A DNA stretch of 64,000 nucleotides, from sequence record OP555981.1; one strand, 5' to 3'. The translations under genes were made by a program, and so were the position numbers. Under the pieces are notes generated by a model. That model was not told where the DNA came from and did no database searches. It was given only the letters and a program-made list of their open reading frames with translations. This DNA comes from Escherichia phage vB_EcoM-UFV10. This document shows positions 45,742-55,763 of this stretch, piece after piece (position 1 is the first letter of the stretch; each line of letters starts with the position of its first letter).

Positions 45742-45984
45742 TTATTCCTTAATTCCTAGTACTTGTTTAAAAGTCTCGTCGTAATCAAGACTTTGGCCCG
45801 TTTGTTCTTTATGTTTGTATATAATATCACTTACTTCTGATAGCATATTTTTATATGAACGAGTTAAAGCAGATTTAAGCACGCTGTATCTATCAGGAAA
45901 TTTACCGTGTTCATTATAATAAGCTATTGCTAATTCACGGACTGCCTTTTCAGCAGCCTCCATATATTCTTTACGCTTGGTCAT
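45742..45984 (-). CDS. hypothetical protein
   Basis: 80 aa from internal ATG MTKRKEY (track start is GTG). Confidence 0.4.
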   Translation of the reverse strand: MTKRKEYMEAAEKAVRELAIAYYNEHGKFPDRYSVLKSALTRSYKNMLSEVSDIIYKHKEQTGQSLDYDETFKQVLGIKE

Positions 45985-45985
45985 T

Positions 45986-46375
45986 TTAATCCAAAATATT
46001 ATTAGGCATTGGTTGAACACTCACAAGTTCTTTAAAGAACTCAGTAGAGTCAGGCAATTTAACCATTTCCGGAGCATGCTTACTGAATTTATGTTTACAT
46101 TGACGGCATTTATATTCAAGCTCTGGTTTACGCCAGTTAATCAATTGAACTTGTTCAGTACCGCATTCAGGGCAATTAGGAACGTTTTTAGAAGCTCTTT
46201 CACGTCGTTCAACCATAGCCATAATAGCATCCCATGCTGGAGGTTTAAAATCTAAATCGTCGCAGCCGTGAATCTTTCCACGCATTTCCATATCATCTTC
46301 CTCACCAGCCATAATAATTTTAATTAGACTAGAATTACTTGAAGCTGCAATGTCTTCTAATAAACGCTTTTTCAT
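45986..46375 (-). CDS. zinc-ribbon protein
   Basis: 129 aa; CPECGTEQ...CRQCKHKF. Confidence 0.45.
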   Translation of the reverse strand: MKKRLLEDIAASSNSSLIKIIMAGEEDDMEMRGKIHGCDDLDFKPPAWDAIMAMVERRERASKNVPNCPECGTEQVQLINWRKPELEYKCRQCKHKFSKHAPEMVKLPDSTEFFKELVSVQPMPNNILD

Positions 46376-47298
46376 TTCAATACCTCAATAGCATTACGTA
46401 AACCATTTGCTTTTGCGTTAAGAGATTTTAACAATTTGGTGTGTTCTGCAATTTGGGCTTCAACTTCAATCAAACGGGCATTGAGATATTCGCGTTCTTC
46501 TTTCATAGTATCATTCCCATGATTGGGTTTTGGTGCAGATTTAAATTCACTAGGGTCCTTTAACTTAATAACAAATTTAGTTTCAAACAGTGAAAGACCA
46601 TAATTCGTATTATCATCAAAGGATTTAACTACATCCATATTAGATAATAACTCATGCAAATTATAAGACAAAGAACTAATAGTTTCATTGTGTTTATTAG
46701 CTTCGCGTGGTTTCATATACGGAAGATTTTTATATATCTCATGCGGAGCACAAATGATAATTGACAATTCAAATTGTCCATTCTGGGACGATGGAGTGAA
46801 TTTAGCCGTAACCCAGTCTTTTACATTCACATTAATAGTACGGTTATCACCATGACAAAACAATCTACGAGAATGCTTAAAAAGCATATTCACGTTATTA
46901 TTGAATTCGTGTGAAAATTCACTGGCAAATTTTTCTTTACTATCTTTAGAAAACCATTCTTCTAAATAAGTTCTTTTCACGTCGTTAATAATATTAAATG
47001 TAACAACATTAGCATTTGATACATTAGTCTCAATGTAGCTTGGATACATAAATTTTTTAACATTATTAACAGCTATCACAGAAGATAGTAATCGGGAACG
47101 TTTGAACCACTCGAGCAAAGAACCAAGAGAATGTGAATACGCGTTTTGCGTATCTTTACAAATATGGTTTTCCCATCCAATATAGTCTAAAAAATCACGA
47201 AGAATATTATTGATTACTGCTCTGTGTCCTATCTGATAATTACGATGTTTAGTAATAAGACTGTCAAAATAATCAATATAATGTTTACGAGTTTTCAT
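46372..47298 (-). CDS. paralog family member 1 (C-terminal coiled coil)
   Basis: 308 aa; C-terminal heptad-like [42 protein letters not shown]. Confidence 0.5.
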   Translation of the reverse strand: MKTRKHYIDYFDSLITKHRNYQIGHRAVINNILRDFLDYIGWENHICKDTQNAYSHSLGSLLEWFKRSRLLSSVIAVNNVKKFMYPSYIETNVSNANVVTFNIINDVKRTYLEEWFSKDSKEKFASEFSHEFNNNVNMLFKHSRRLFCHGDNRTINVNVKDWVTAKFTPSSQNGQFELSIIICAPHEIYKNLPYMKPREANKHNETISSLSYNLHELLSNMDVVKSFDDNTNYGLSLFETKFVIKLKDPSEFKSAPKPNHGNDTMKEEREYLNARLIEVEAQIAEHTKLLKSLNAKANGLRNAIEVLK

Positions 47299-47352
47299 GT
47301 TCTTCTCACTTGGTTAATGATTTATACTCCGAGCCATCCTTGGCTTTAAATT

Positions 47353-48354
47353 TTACTTAATTAACTGTAAAGCTTGTTCAAGACGATCAAGACGATTAAC
47401 GGATTCTTCCCAAATCTTTTTAGCCTTCTCATATTCTTTCTGTGCTTTATTAGAAATTTCTAGAGCTCCTTTATAAGCTTTTTCTAATGCAATAATTTCT
47501 GGACGAATTTCTACCGGTTCAGGCGAATCATCAAGATTATCCATTAGTTCCTCAAGGGTAGTTTCTTCTTTAGGGGTATTCACAATTTCTTCGCATTTTT
47601 GTTGGTAAATTTCTTTATCAGTCGGTGAATACGCACATTTCACTTCACGAAGACTAACTACAATTTTGTATCCTTCCCAACCACACATATTCTTAAAAGG
47701 ATATGTATGAATATTTTCTACTGTTTCCATACAAAGTAATGCAGTCTCTAACTGACGAGTTATAGTGCTAGCAATTGAGAAAAATTTATTAATATTCTTT
47801 TGGTTAGCGTTTGGTGTAAAAAATCCATAATTCACAAAAATAGCTACTTTATTTTCGTCAAGCTCATATTCTTTTACGATAATCATATCAGAAGCCAAAG
47901 GATGAATTTGACGATAATCGCCATAACATAATTTAGAAGCTGATTTTAGAATTTGTCCTTTGAAAAGTCTGAAATTACTAATCCAACGACGAGTAAAAAT
48001 ATTCTCAGGGTCTTCTTTATTATTAAGATGATAAGAATTAACATCACCGAACCAATTGTATCCTACTACATTTTTAGTTCGTTTAATTTCTTTCCCAAAT
48101 TTACCAAGAATATCTCTGTTAACTAAATATGAAAGAAGACGAGACCCTTTAAAGGTTTCCTTAATATCATCTTTATCTGCACGACTAGAAATTTTATGAA
48201 CTTCATGAATAAATTTGCTGGAAGAAACAATGCTTGCATCAGTATTATTGAGCCATTGATTGATAATAGAAATAACACTATTCTGACTAGACATAGGTTT
48301 AACTTTATCATCAATAACGCTATTGAATGATTTGATATATTCGTTGCGAGTCAT
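47353..48354 (-). CDS. paralog family member 2 (C-terminal coiled coil)
   Basis: 333 aa from ATG MTRNEY behind GAGGAG; the track ATG is the G of the promoter -10; shares SRLLS motif with member 1. Confidence 0.5.
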   Translation of the reverse strand: MTRNEYIKSFNSVIDDKVKPMSSQNSVISIINQWLNNTDASIVSSSKFIHEVHKISSRADKDDIKETFKGSRLLSYLVNRDILGKFGKEIKRTKNVVGYNWFGDVNSYHLNNKEDPENIFTRRWISNFRLFKGQILKSASKLCYGDYRQIHPLASDMIIVKEYELDENKVAIFVNYGFFTPNANQKNINKFFSIASTITRQLETALLCMETVENIHTYPFKNMCGWEGYKIVVSLREVKCAYSPTDKEIYQQKCEEIVNTPKEETTLEELMDNLDDSPEPVEIRPEIIALEKAYKGALEISNKAQKEYEKAKKIWEESVNRLDRLEQALQLIK

Positions 48355-48383
48355 ATTAATCTCCTCAGTAGAAAGTAAGAACA

Positions 48384-48412
48384 TTATACCACATCCTTGT
48401 GGCGAAGTAAAC
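48384..48412 (-). promoter_or_regulatory. early promoter, near-duplicate of the one at 2418-2447
   Basis: minus strand GTTTAC-spacer with CCACAAGGATGTGG-TATAAT; 20-bp core identical to the rIIA.1 promoter. Confidence 0.55.
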
Positions 48413-49431
48413 TAGTTTAGTGCATTTAGTGCATTGTTCAATTTAGAACGTTGCTTTGTCAGATTTTGAACCCTTGACTGAGCTTGTTCTAACACCTTTT
48501 CAGCTTCTAGCACTTCATTGGTCGCTTTAATGAGTTCAGCATCTACTGCCTTAAGAGACTTCTCAATCGCGTCAGCGTGCCATTTTTCTACAGGTTTAAA
48601 ATTTGAATTTTCAGTAGGAAGAAAATTCACTTTATTAAATTTCCATGCATCTTTATTACCTGAGCTATACATCCAAAATTTAGGATCGTTTGATGAGCAA
48701 TTAGATAAATTTAAGTTATCTTGTACTTCCTGCTTTTTCTCTTGCGGGACTTCATCCTTTCTCAAAAAATCGTATTTAAATGAAACGATCATATCAAGTT
48801 CATACGTTGTTGTATGTTCCCAATTTCGCTCAAAATGAGGTAAAATCTTAGACTGAACAGCGGCAACAACATCCATATACTTAAATGCTTCTGTCAACTG
48901 TGATTTAAGGCATTCACAAATTGAAAGAGAATTTTTTGTATTAGGCTTAAAGCTAATTCGTGCAGTTCTATTATTTTCTTTTAACGGTCTTACTTCCATC
49001 TGAAGAGTATAACCATCAAATTTCAGGTTCTTTAAGTTAATGTCAGAACCTTTTAATCGACTAGCAGTAGACAAAATTTGCTTTAATTGTTTACGGAATA
49101 AAGCAATAAATCTCCATTCAAGACGATAATGATTTGGATTAAAAAATCCTGTTGATAAATCAACCTTACTCTGACCAACGCCTTGAACAAATAGAGGATT
49201 TTTATAATCAATAGTTTTACAGAAATCGGTGAGCTGCTCACGAGCAGTCATTTGTGTAATATATCCCGCTTTACTAAAATGACGTAACCATTCACTGCTA
49301 TTCATATACTTAAAGTGAATGGAACTATTAACTCTATCAGGGTCTAAATTATTTTGGCACAAAAATGTCATAACATTACGGGTATAGCTAGCATTACGAA
49401 CCATATCTTCAATTTGAGAACGAGTTTTCAT
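48412..49431 (-). CDS. paralog family member 3 (C-terminal coiled coil)
   Basis: 339 aa; N-terminus MKTRSQIEDM resembles member 1 MKTRKHYIDY; C-terminal coiled coil. Confidence 0.5.
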   Translation of the reverse strand: MKTRSQIEDMVRNASYTRNVMTFLCQNNLDPDRVNSSIHFKYMNSSEWLRHFSKAGYITQMTAREQLTDFCKTIDYKNPLFVQGVGQSKVDLSTGFFNPNHYRLEWRFIALFRKQLKQILSTASRLKGSDINLKNLKFDGYTLQMEVRPLKENNRTARISFKPNTKNSLSICECLKSQLTEAFKYMDVVAAVQSKILPHFERNWEHTTTYELDMIVSFKYDFLRKDEVPQEKKQEVQDNLNLSNCSSNDPKFWMYSSGNKDAWKFNKVNFLPTENSNFKPVEKWHADAIEKSLKAVDAELIKATNEVLEAEKVLEQAQSRVQNLTKQRSKLNNALNALN

Positions 49432-49439
49432 AGTGTTCC

Positions 49440-50327
49440 TTAAGATTTAAGTAAATCAACAATTTTAATTAATTTTTCACGCTCAGATTTAGCTTTACTA
49501 CTCAATCCAGATAGTCTGAAAATTTCATCGTCATACTGTTGAATAGAAATATTTAGCTCTTCAATTTGCTTATTAAAATAATCAATTTGCTCAGAATGTT
49601 TTTCATTACTGCGAACTGGTATAGGGTTTGTAGGCAATTTAGTTGAACTAGATTCATCCGGGCGATAAATTAAAATACAACTTGAACCAATTGGACATTT
49701 TGCACCAGATGAATATTCTAATGTTCCGGCTTCTTTTAAAACTTCAAAAGCTAAACAGAGATGATGCCCCATATTAACATAATCTGTAGAGCGAGCTCTG
49801 ATGTAATAATCATCTCCGCGAATACTAAATTTAAAGCATTTAAGGTCTTCTGTATTATTGGTCTTAAAAATCATTTGTTTATCTAGACCTTTAGCTAATC
49901 GAGCGCCTAATGCTAATAATCGTCGTTGATTTTCCCACAAATCTGCGATCATTTGGTCAAATGATAATTTCGGCATTAGTCGACCATAAAGGTCATATCC
50001 TTTATTATAATTACGAAGGATTTCACTCGCGTTAATACGAGACAATGCTCCAATTTTATTAAGGGCTTTCATAATGCGATTAGATAAACCCATTCCAGAC
50101 CCGTTTGTTCGCTGCAAATGTTTTTCTAATCCAAATCCAATATCAACTTTAAACTTATCTAAAATTTCTGCATGAACATCTCTGTCAATAACATTCAAAT
50201 CCAAAGTTGGGTTAAATCTATGAAAAAATTTATCTGGCTCTCCACGACGAAGTACAGTCCATTCATTCATTTTTTTATTAACTAAAGATTTAATTACTGT
50301 ATTGACATTATTAATTACTACTGACAT
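49440..50327 (-). CDS. paralog family member 4 (C-terminal coiled coil)
   Basis: 295 aa from ATG behind GAGGAA (track start is TTG); C-terminal coiled coil. Confidence 0.45.
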   Translation of the reverse strand: MSVVINNVNTVIKSLVNKKMNEWTVLRRGEPDKFFHRFNPTLDLNVIDRDVHAEILDKFKVDIGFGLEKHLQRTNGSGMGLSNRIMKALNKIGALSRINASEILRNYNKGYDLYGRLMPKLSFDQMIADLWENQRRLLALGARLAKGLDKQMIFKTNNTEDLKCFKFSIRGDDYYIRARSTDYVNMGHHLCLAFEVLKEAGTLEYSSGAKCPIGSSCILIYRPDESSSTKLPTNPIPVRSNEKHSEQIDYFNKQIEELNISIQQYDDEIFRLSGLSSKAKSEREKLIKIVDLLKS

Positions 50328-50334
50328 ATTTTCC

Positions 50335-50742
50335 TCACTCAATTTCAATTTTACTAAATATACAGAATATGATGGAAAAGACTATATAAGCACCACAAAC
50401 AGATTGAACTAATACCATTCCAAAGAACCAAACAATATTATCAAACCATGTCTGTTTTACGTCGAAAGGACGTAAACTTACAGTAATATTATCACCTTTT
50501 TCTATTGAAGAATACATCTCTGGGGAAATATATTCACTAAATCTATAACCGTCTTTGAGTTCATATACAGCAATAAACGATAAACTAGACCCCTTTCCTT
50601 GTGTTCCTGTAATAGTATTAACTACAGTAACATCATAATCTTTATAATGCATATAATCATTAATTGCGTAATAACCATATGCAACTACTACACATAAACA
50701 ACATATCAATAAATTCAATCTTTTAATTATCAACTGTTTCAT
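50335..50742 (-). CDS. membrane protein (two TM segments flanking a soluble domain)
   Basis: 135 aa; hydrophobic N- and C-terminal segments; MotA-box promoter upstream. Confidence 0.45.
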   Translation of the reverse strand: MKQLIIKRLNLLICCLCVVVAYGYYAINDYMHYKDYDVTVVNTITGTQGKGSSLSFIAVYELKDGYRFSEYISPEMYSSIEKGDNITVSLRPFDVKQTWFDNIVWFFGMVLVQSVCGAYIVFSIIFCIFSKIEIE

Positions 50743-50797
50743 AATAATCTCAATTAAAAGGGCTTAGAACCATTATACCATCCTTGGTATAAAGCGG

Positions 50798-51325
50798 TTA
50801 TGCGAGTACCGTCTTTAACCGTTCTTCAAACTTCCGAAGAGTATTCTGGCGTTCAGCTCTTTGCTTTTTGTAAGTTTCAATACGCTCTGAAATGAGAGTG
50901 TATCGTTCATTTACTGATTCTTTCATAAAATCAGGAATTTCACGAGAAGCTTTAATCTCGTCAAATTTATCAATAACAGCTTGCTCTTCAGCAATTAAGT
51001 TATCATACATCAAAATATCTTTCTTGATGAACTCAATATCTTCTTGAGTTACACGAGATAATTTAAATGCTTTATCCTTTTTGTACTGTTCGTTAGTATC
51101 ACGAGACCAGTGTAATGTACGATTTTTATTCGTATTCTTATAAATTTCTACAATACCAATATCATCAATAATAACGATCCAATTCCAACGGGATTTGTAA
51201 ATTTGTCCTCCATCAACTGTGATTTCACCTCCGATTGAGATGTCATTAAAGAACTTGCTTTGTGCTTCTGATTTAAATTTACCATCGTTGTAATTTACCA
51301 AGTTGAAAATATCTTTAGCGTTCAT
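50798..51325 (-). CDS. hypothetical protein
   Basis: 175 aa from ATG MNAKDIF; track extension is translated leader. Confidence 0.45.
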   Translation of the reverse strand: MNAKDIFNLVNYNDGKFKSEAQSKFFNDISIGGEITVDGGQIYKSRWNWIVIIDDIGIVEIYKNTNKNRTLHWSRDTNEQYKKDKAFKLSRVTQEDIEFIKKDILMYDNLIAEEQAVIDKFDEIKASREIPDFMKESVNERYTLISERIETYKKQRAERQNTLRKFEERLKTVLA

Positions 51326-51353
51326 TTTCTGTTCCTCCGTAGTTGATAGTTGT

Positions 51354-51383
51354 ATAGTACCACAGAGGAACAGTCTTGTAAAC
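51354..51383 (-). promoter_or_regulatory. early promoter
   Basis: minus strand GTTTAC-18bp-TACTAT then conserved leader; approximate. Confidence 0.45.
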
Positions 51384-51385
51384 AA

Positions 51386-51700
51386 CTAAAAGAAACTTCT
51401 TTCACAATTTTTTCCACTGAACCACGCGCTCACTGCTTTCTTAGTCTCAGGAGCAGTGTTATCCATAAACCATTCAAAGGCAGCCTTTTTATGATTCTGG
51501 AGGGCTTCTCGGGCTTTAATCTGCTCACGGTCTATTAACACTAACATATGAGCCTTTCTTGTCACCATGGGCTTCTTATGATTTTTTGAATATTCCCAAT
51601 CATTTGTCCATCGCATCGTTGTTGCGAATTGAAGTACAGCTTCTTTAATTTTAGTTTCGTAAATTTCACGAGCCTTTGAGTATAACATTACTACCTCCAT
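51386..51700 (-). CDS. hypothetical protein
   Basis: 104-aa ORF. Confidence 0.4.
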   Translation of the reverse strand: MEVVMLYSKAREIYETKIKEAVLQFATTMRWTNDWEYSKNHKKPMVTRKAHMLVLIDREQIKAREALQNHKKAAFEWFMDNTAPETKKAVSAWFSGKNCERSFF

Positions 51701-51789
51701 TTACCAGTTTAATTCTAGTCATCTTTTTGATGGCAGTCCATATAATCTATTTCTGAACTGCCTTTTTATCTTAGAAGGCCTCTTATGAA

Positions 51790-52758
51790 TTATTTCAGAA
51801 GAGTAACCTCAGCGATTTCTTCCCAACCGTTTTTGTCGGTCATAATAAAGTCAGCAAGATAAAGAGCAGTACGCAGTGAAACATTGCGTAAACGATTAAC
51901 ATTGACTTTCATCCATGATAATGCTTTATAAGTTTCTTCATCAGAAAGACCGCGCTTTTGCATCATGTCAGTTGAAAGAATAACATCTTCAACCCTGACC
52001 ATAATTTCTTCATTAGTGTGAACACCCAAATCCAAATAAACTGAGCGGGACACTAATGCTTGTAAATGTGGAGCAAGTTTAGTACCACGGTCTAATTCGC
52101 GGTCAATGTCAACGTTTGTGATAAAAACAATCGTTCCTTTAAATTCAAACTCACGCTCAATGCCTTTTTCTTCTAAGTAAGAAGATGCAGTGCTCCAGCA
52201 GACTTTACGGGTCTCTCCAGTGTCCAGAGCAGCTTTCAGAAGATTAAGAATGTCCATATCAGAGAAAACATCCACATCATCAATCAAAAGGACAGAATTC
52301 TCTTCACGATTATTCCAAAGCTGCTCATAAAGACCAATACCAGAGATTTTACCATTAATGCTTTTATATTCAATGTATCCAATATCATTTGCTTTATTTA
52401 AAGCTTTATCTAAAGAATACGTTTTACCAATACCCGCCGCACCAGAGATAATTAATGAACGAATGTTTCCGTTAATAATACCATTCGTCATCATTCCCAT
52501 AACATTAAATCTTTTATTAATGCGGGTTTTCATATCTTCATATGATTCTTTAACTTCTTCAACTTTTACACCATCATATGAAATGTCTGATTTGTAAACC
52601 CAAACACCGCGACGTTTACCGTCAATTTCAACAAAAACTTTACCATCTCCTTGTGCATCTACTGGGGCATTATCAGGGAACCACTCACCTAAGAGTTCAA
52701 AAGTTCCAGAGATTTCTTTGCCAAAGTAGATACCCTTATTGATAGTTACAGTTTTCAT
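51790..52758 (-). CDS. P-loop/AAA+-like ATPase
   Basis: 322 aa from ATG MKTVTINKG; Walker A GAAGIGKT, Walker B VLLIDDVD, sensor-like FITN; early promoter and conserved leader upstream. Confidence 0.55.
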   Translation of the reverse strand: MKTVTINKGIYFGKEISGTFELLGEWFPDNAPVDAQGDGKVFVEIDGKRRGVWVYKSDISYDGVKVEEVKESYEDMKTRINKRFNVMGMMTNGIINGNIRSLIISGAAGIGKTYSLDKALNKANDIGYIEYKSINGKISGIGLYEQLWNNREENSVLLIDDVDVFSDMDILNLLKAALDTGETRKVCWSTASSYLEEKGIEREFEFKGTIVFITNVDIDRELDRGTKLAPHLQALVSRSVYLDLGVHTNEEIMVRVEDVILSTDMMQKRGLSDEETYKALSWMKVNVNRLRNVSLRTALYLADFIMTDKNGWEEIAEVTLLK

Positions 52759-52792
52759 TTTATTCTCCAAATCCGTATCAGTTGATAGTTGT

Positions 52793-52822
52793 ATAGTACC
52801 ATAAAGCTTTATGCTTGTAAAC
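52793..52822 (-). promoter_or_regulatory. early promoter for the ATPase gene
   Basis: minus strand GTTTAC-18bp-TACTAT then leader ...GGAGAATAAAATG; follows the hairpin at 52854-52871. Confidence 0.5.
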
Positions 52823-52853
52823 TGTTTTGTGAAAAAATTTTTGAAATAAAAAA

Positions 52854-52871
52854 GGGAGCCCGAAGGCTCCC
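52854..52871 (-). terminator. UUCG-tetraloop hairpin after the nucleotidyltransferase gene
   Basis: GGGAGCC-cgaa-GGCTCCC. Confidence 0.55.
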
Positions 52872-52873
52872 TA

Positions 52874-53887
52874 TCATTTATAATAACTTCGGTGGTTTTC
52901 AAGATAGACCTTCTCAAGGAAGTCATCCCAGAAACCCATGTCTACTTTTTGCTGCATACCGTTCTTAGAAGCTTCAGTAGATGCTGCTTCTACTTGATCG
53001 ACCACATCTTCCAAAAACTCTTGAACTGTTTTAAATGGATGTTTACCCAACTTCACGTCGAGAATAAATGGAGCGTCTTGAAGTGGATAAACTAAGTCAC
53101 CAGTTTTGTAAATTTCCAATAGTTGAAGTCCACCACGACAGGCATGGCTCAGAGCTTTCCAGTCAATACCTTCATTGGCTTCGGCCTTACGAGCACGTTC
53201 ACCATATTCAGCATCTAATTTGTTCAGTGACTGCTTAAGCTCAATAAGAGAAAGCGTTGTCTGATATTTACGACCCAACACAGTGTAGAACGTTTGTGGG
53301 CCTGTTTTCTCATGATTATGGAACACCCATTCACAGAATTCGTTTTCTGGAAGACGATGCTTAATATCTTCAATTTTAGTGCGACGTTGTCCTTGTGTTC
53401 CATCTTCTCGGTAGACATTCCGTTGATCAGGAATTTGATTAACTACTTTCAACACATCACGTAATGCAGCCAAACGAGAACCCTTGACACCGTATTTAGA
53501 AGCTTGCTTGCGAACATATCCTAAATAGGATTTCATGTTAGTCGTATAAAAACGAGAACGATTGTCTTGAATAAACTTCCACACATCAGGCAAATCAGAT
53601 TTAACCACTAGTTCAGGTGGAGTGTGAAGCATATCCAATGCTACAGTTTCACCATCTGCTGCTAATTTAAAGAAATACTTAAGACTATACAATTCGTGGT
53701 CAATATCATCTTTAGTGTTTTTAGATGATGTGTTGTTAGTGTTTTTACTCATGTGCTCTTTGACATTTCCAATAAGAATATCGCGAGCAGGAGGAACAAA
53801 GATTTCTTTAAAATCTACATCAGATTCTGGAGTAGAAGTTCCATAAAGATGACTACCAAAATAGCTTTTCATTACTGTTTTCATCAT
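52874..53887 (-). CDS. Pol-beta-superfamily nucleotidyltransferase
   Basis: 337 aa; N-terminal GS-x10-DVD motif (YFGSHLYGTSTPESDVDF); hairpin downstream. Confidence 0.55.
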   Translation of the reverse strand: MMKTVMKSYFGSHLYGTSTPESDVDFKEIFVPPARDILIGNVKEHMSKNTNNTSSKNTKDDIDHELYSLKYFFKLAADGETVALDMLHTPPELVVKSDLPDVWKFIQDNRSRFYTTNMKSYLGYVRKQASKYGVKGSRLAALRDVLKVVNQIPDQRNVYREDGTQGQRRTKIEDIKHRLPENEFCEWVFHNHEKTGPQTFYTVLGRKYQTTLSLIELKQSLNKLDAEYGERARKAEANEGIDWKALSHACRGGLQLLEIYKTGDLVYPLQDAPFILDVKLGKHPFKTVQEFLEDVVDQVEAASTEASKNGMQQKVDMGFWDDFLEKVYLENHRSYYK

Positions 53888-54345
53888 TCAGCCTTATATT
53901 CAATAACAGGACATACTTTAGCTTTACGGGCTTTTAAAAATTCGACGATAATAGATTTCTTGGGTTGAATAGGAGGTAAACCTTTATACGCCCTATCAAT
54001 ATTTTCTACATGTAAAGCATAATCCTTTTTCCATTTATAATCTTTATATTTTTCATGCAGTTGTGCAGGAATAACAAATGAACCAATAATAAGTAAAACA
54101 AGCAAAATGGCAAGTATAAATGCCGATGGAATAAGAGTCCATAAACTACCAAAAATAAGCCATTTCTGTATGATTTCTGCGCAGATAATAGTTAGACCTG
54201 CGAGTATAGTACATCCGAAAAAAGAAACGAAAAATGTAGGGATAACAATAGACCAAAAGTATGCACACAGTGTCTTAGGTCGTTTCCATTCGTCGTTAAA
54301 CAGTTTGAATAATTTATAGTGCCAAGAGTTTTCATTAATAATCAT
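53884..54345 (-). CDS. integral membrane protein
   Basis: 153 aa with 3 predicted TM segments; ATGA-coupled to the nucleotidyltransferase. Confidence 0.45.
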   Translation of the reverse strand: MIINENSWHYKLFKLFNDEWKRPKTLCAYFWSIVIPTFFVSFFGCTILAGLTIICAEIIQKWLIFGSLWTLIPSAFILAILLVLLIIGSFVIPAQLHEKYKDYKWKKDYALHVENIDRAYKGLPPIQPKKSIIVEFLKARKAKVCPVIEYKAE

Positions 54346-54347
54346 AA

Positions 54348-54869
54348 TTATCCTTTCATTGAAGGTGTAACAGTTGTTAAATACTTAATCATAGCTTCAG
54401 CTTCTGATTTTGATAATGAAATTTCTCCATTGTTTTGACGAATAGAAATAAAATCCGGATGACGGTCACCACCAGCTTTTAAAACACACATATAAGTATC
54501 AGTTTCATCTTCAATATCTGAAATGATTGAAGCAGTTCCGCATGAATGTGGTTTTTGATAAATCAATACAGCTTTTCTTCCACCATTTGACTGTTCATAG
54601 GCTTTTAATACATCAAACAAATCAGTTCTTTTATCAATAGCTAAAATGTTATTTTCATCTTCAATGTTAAATCCTTCGGATACTTCATAAAGTGTTACCC
54701 ATAAATCACCGATGTCAATAACAGCATTTCCTTTTCCACGACTTTCAAGAATATGACAAATTTTCTTTATTTCGTCATAACTCATTTTAATAATATCATC
54801 TCCTTGAATAAGGAAGATGTCATTTTTAAATTTAACGCGAATTAAACCGCTTTCACTAGAAATAAACAT
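54348..54869 (-). CDS. hypothetical protein, paralog of 54876-55433
   Basis: 173 aa; C-terminus ...ISIRQNNGEISLSKSEAEAMIKYLTTVTPSM resembles neighbour. Confidence 0.45.
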   Translation of the reverse strand: MFISSESGLIRVKFKNDIFLIQGDDIIKMSYDEIKKICHILESRGKGNAVIDIGDLWVTLYEVSEGFNIEDENNILAIDKRTDLFDVLKAYEQSNGGRKAVLIYQKPHSCGTASIISDIEDETDTYMCVLKAGGDRHPDFISIRQNNGEISLSKSEAEAMIKYLTTVTPSMKG

Positions 54870-54875
54870 ATTTCC

Positions 54876-55433
54876 TCACTTTGAAATCATAGTTGGAATA
54901 ACAGAATCAAGATAAGTTTTTAGTGCAATAGCTTCGTCTTTGTTTAATGTAATGATATGTGATCGAAAATCGTCAATTTGACGAATAGATACTACATCTC
55001 CCTCTTCATAGCATTTTGAAACATTTAAAATAGTTTCATCATTCTGATTACAGGAGTTAGTAATAATAGCATTACATTTTTTAAACCATTTTAAATTATG
55101 TTTTCTTTTAGTAGAATCATAAAAATATTTAATGTTAGTTATAAAATTATCCCAATTATTAATTGATAAGCACATTGACTCGCTTTTAATATTAAATCCT
55201 GGGCATGAAGAATAAAAATGAATTTTATGCTCATCATTAATGCTTACAATTTTATCAGTGTAAGCATATTCAATTTGGGTTAAACGAACAATTTCACTAG
55301 GCGTAAAATATAACATGTCGTCTTCTTGCGTCAAACGATACATGTTATTTACTTTTTCGATCGCTAATTCACCAAAAAGCACACTATCTTCTAATACTAA
55401 TCGTTTCATATTGATTCTCTTCGACTCACTCAC
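54876..55433 (-). CDS. hypothetical protein, paralog of 54348-54869
   Basis: 185-aa track ORF (first codon appears GTG; alternative ATG 8 codons in); C-terminus ...VSIRQIDDFRSHIITLNKDEAIALKTYLDSVIPTM. Confidence 0.45.
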   Translation of the reverse strand: MSESKRINMKRLVLEDSVLFGELAIEKVNNMYRLTQEDDMLYFTPSEIVRLTQIEYAYTDKIVSINDEHKIHFYSSCPGFNIKSESMCLSINNWDNFITNIKYFYDSTKRKHNLKWFKKCNAIITNSCNQNDETILNVSKCYEEGDVVSIRQIDDFRSHIITLNKDEAIALKTYLDSVIPTMISK

Positions 55434-55763
55434 AATTACATACTCCTCTGAATCATATCAATAATGTTGTTCACCAGATTATAAGTAAACATTGGGTAAT
55501 TATATTGAATCATCACATACACAACAAACAAAACTTTCATTCTCTTCTCCTTGGCAGTTGACAAGATTACTATACCATAACCTTGCCAACTTGTAAACCA
55601 TTAAATGACGTTTTCAATAAAATTCTGAAGCTTTGTGTGAGCATCAACCATGATTTTCATTTCTTCTTTGGCGAAAGCTGTACCTCTTTCCCGAGAAGAA
55701 CACTCATAGTCAGAAACTGCATTAGCATATTCTTCAATTAGTTTCATTAAAAACATCTGCTTT

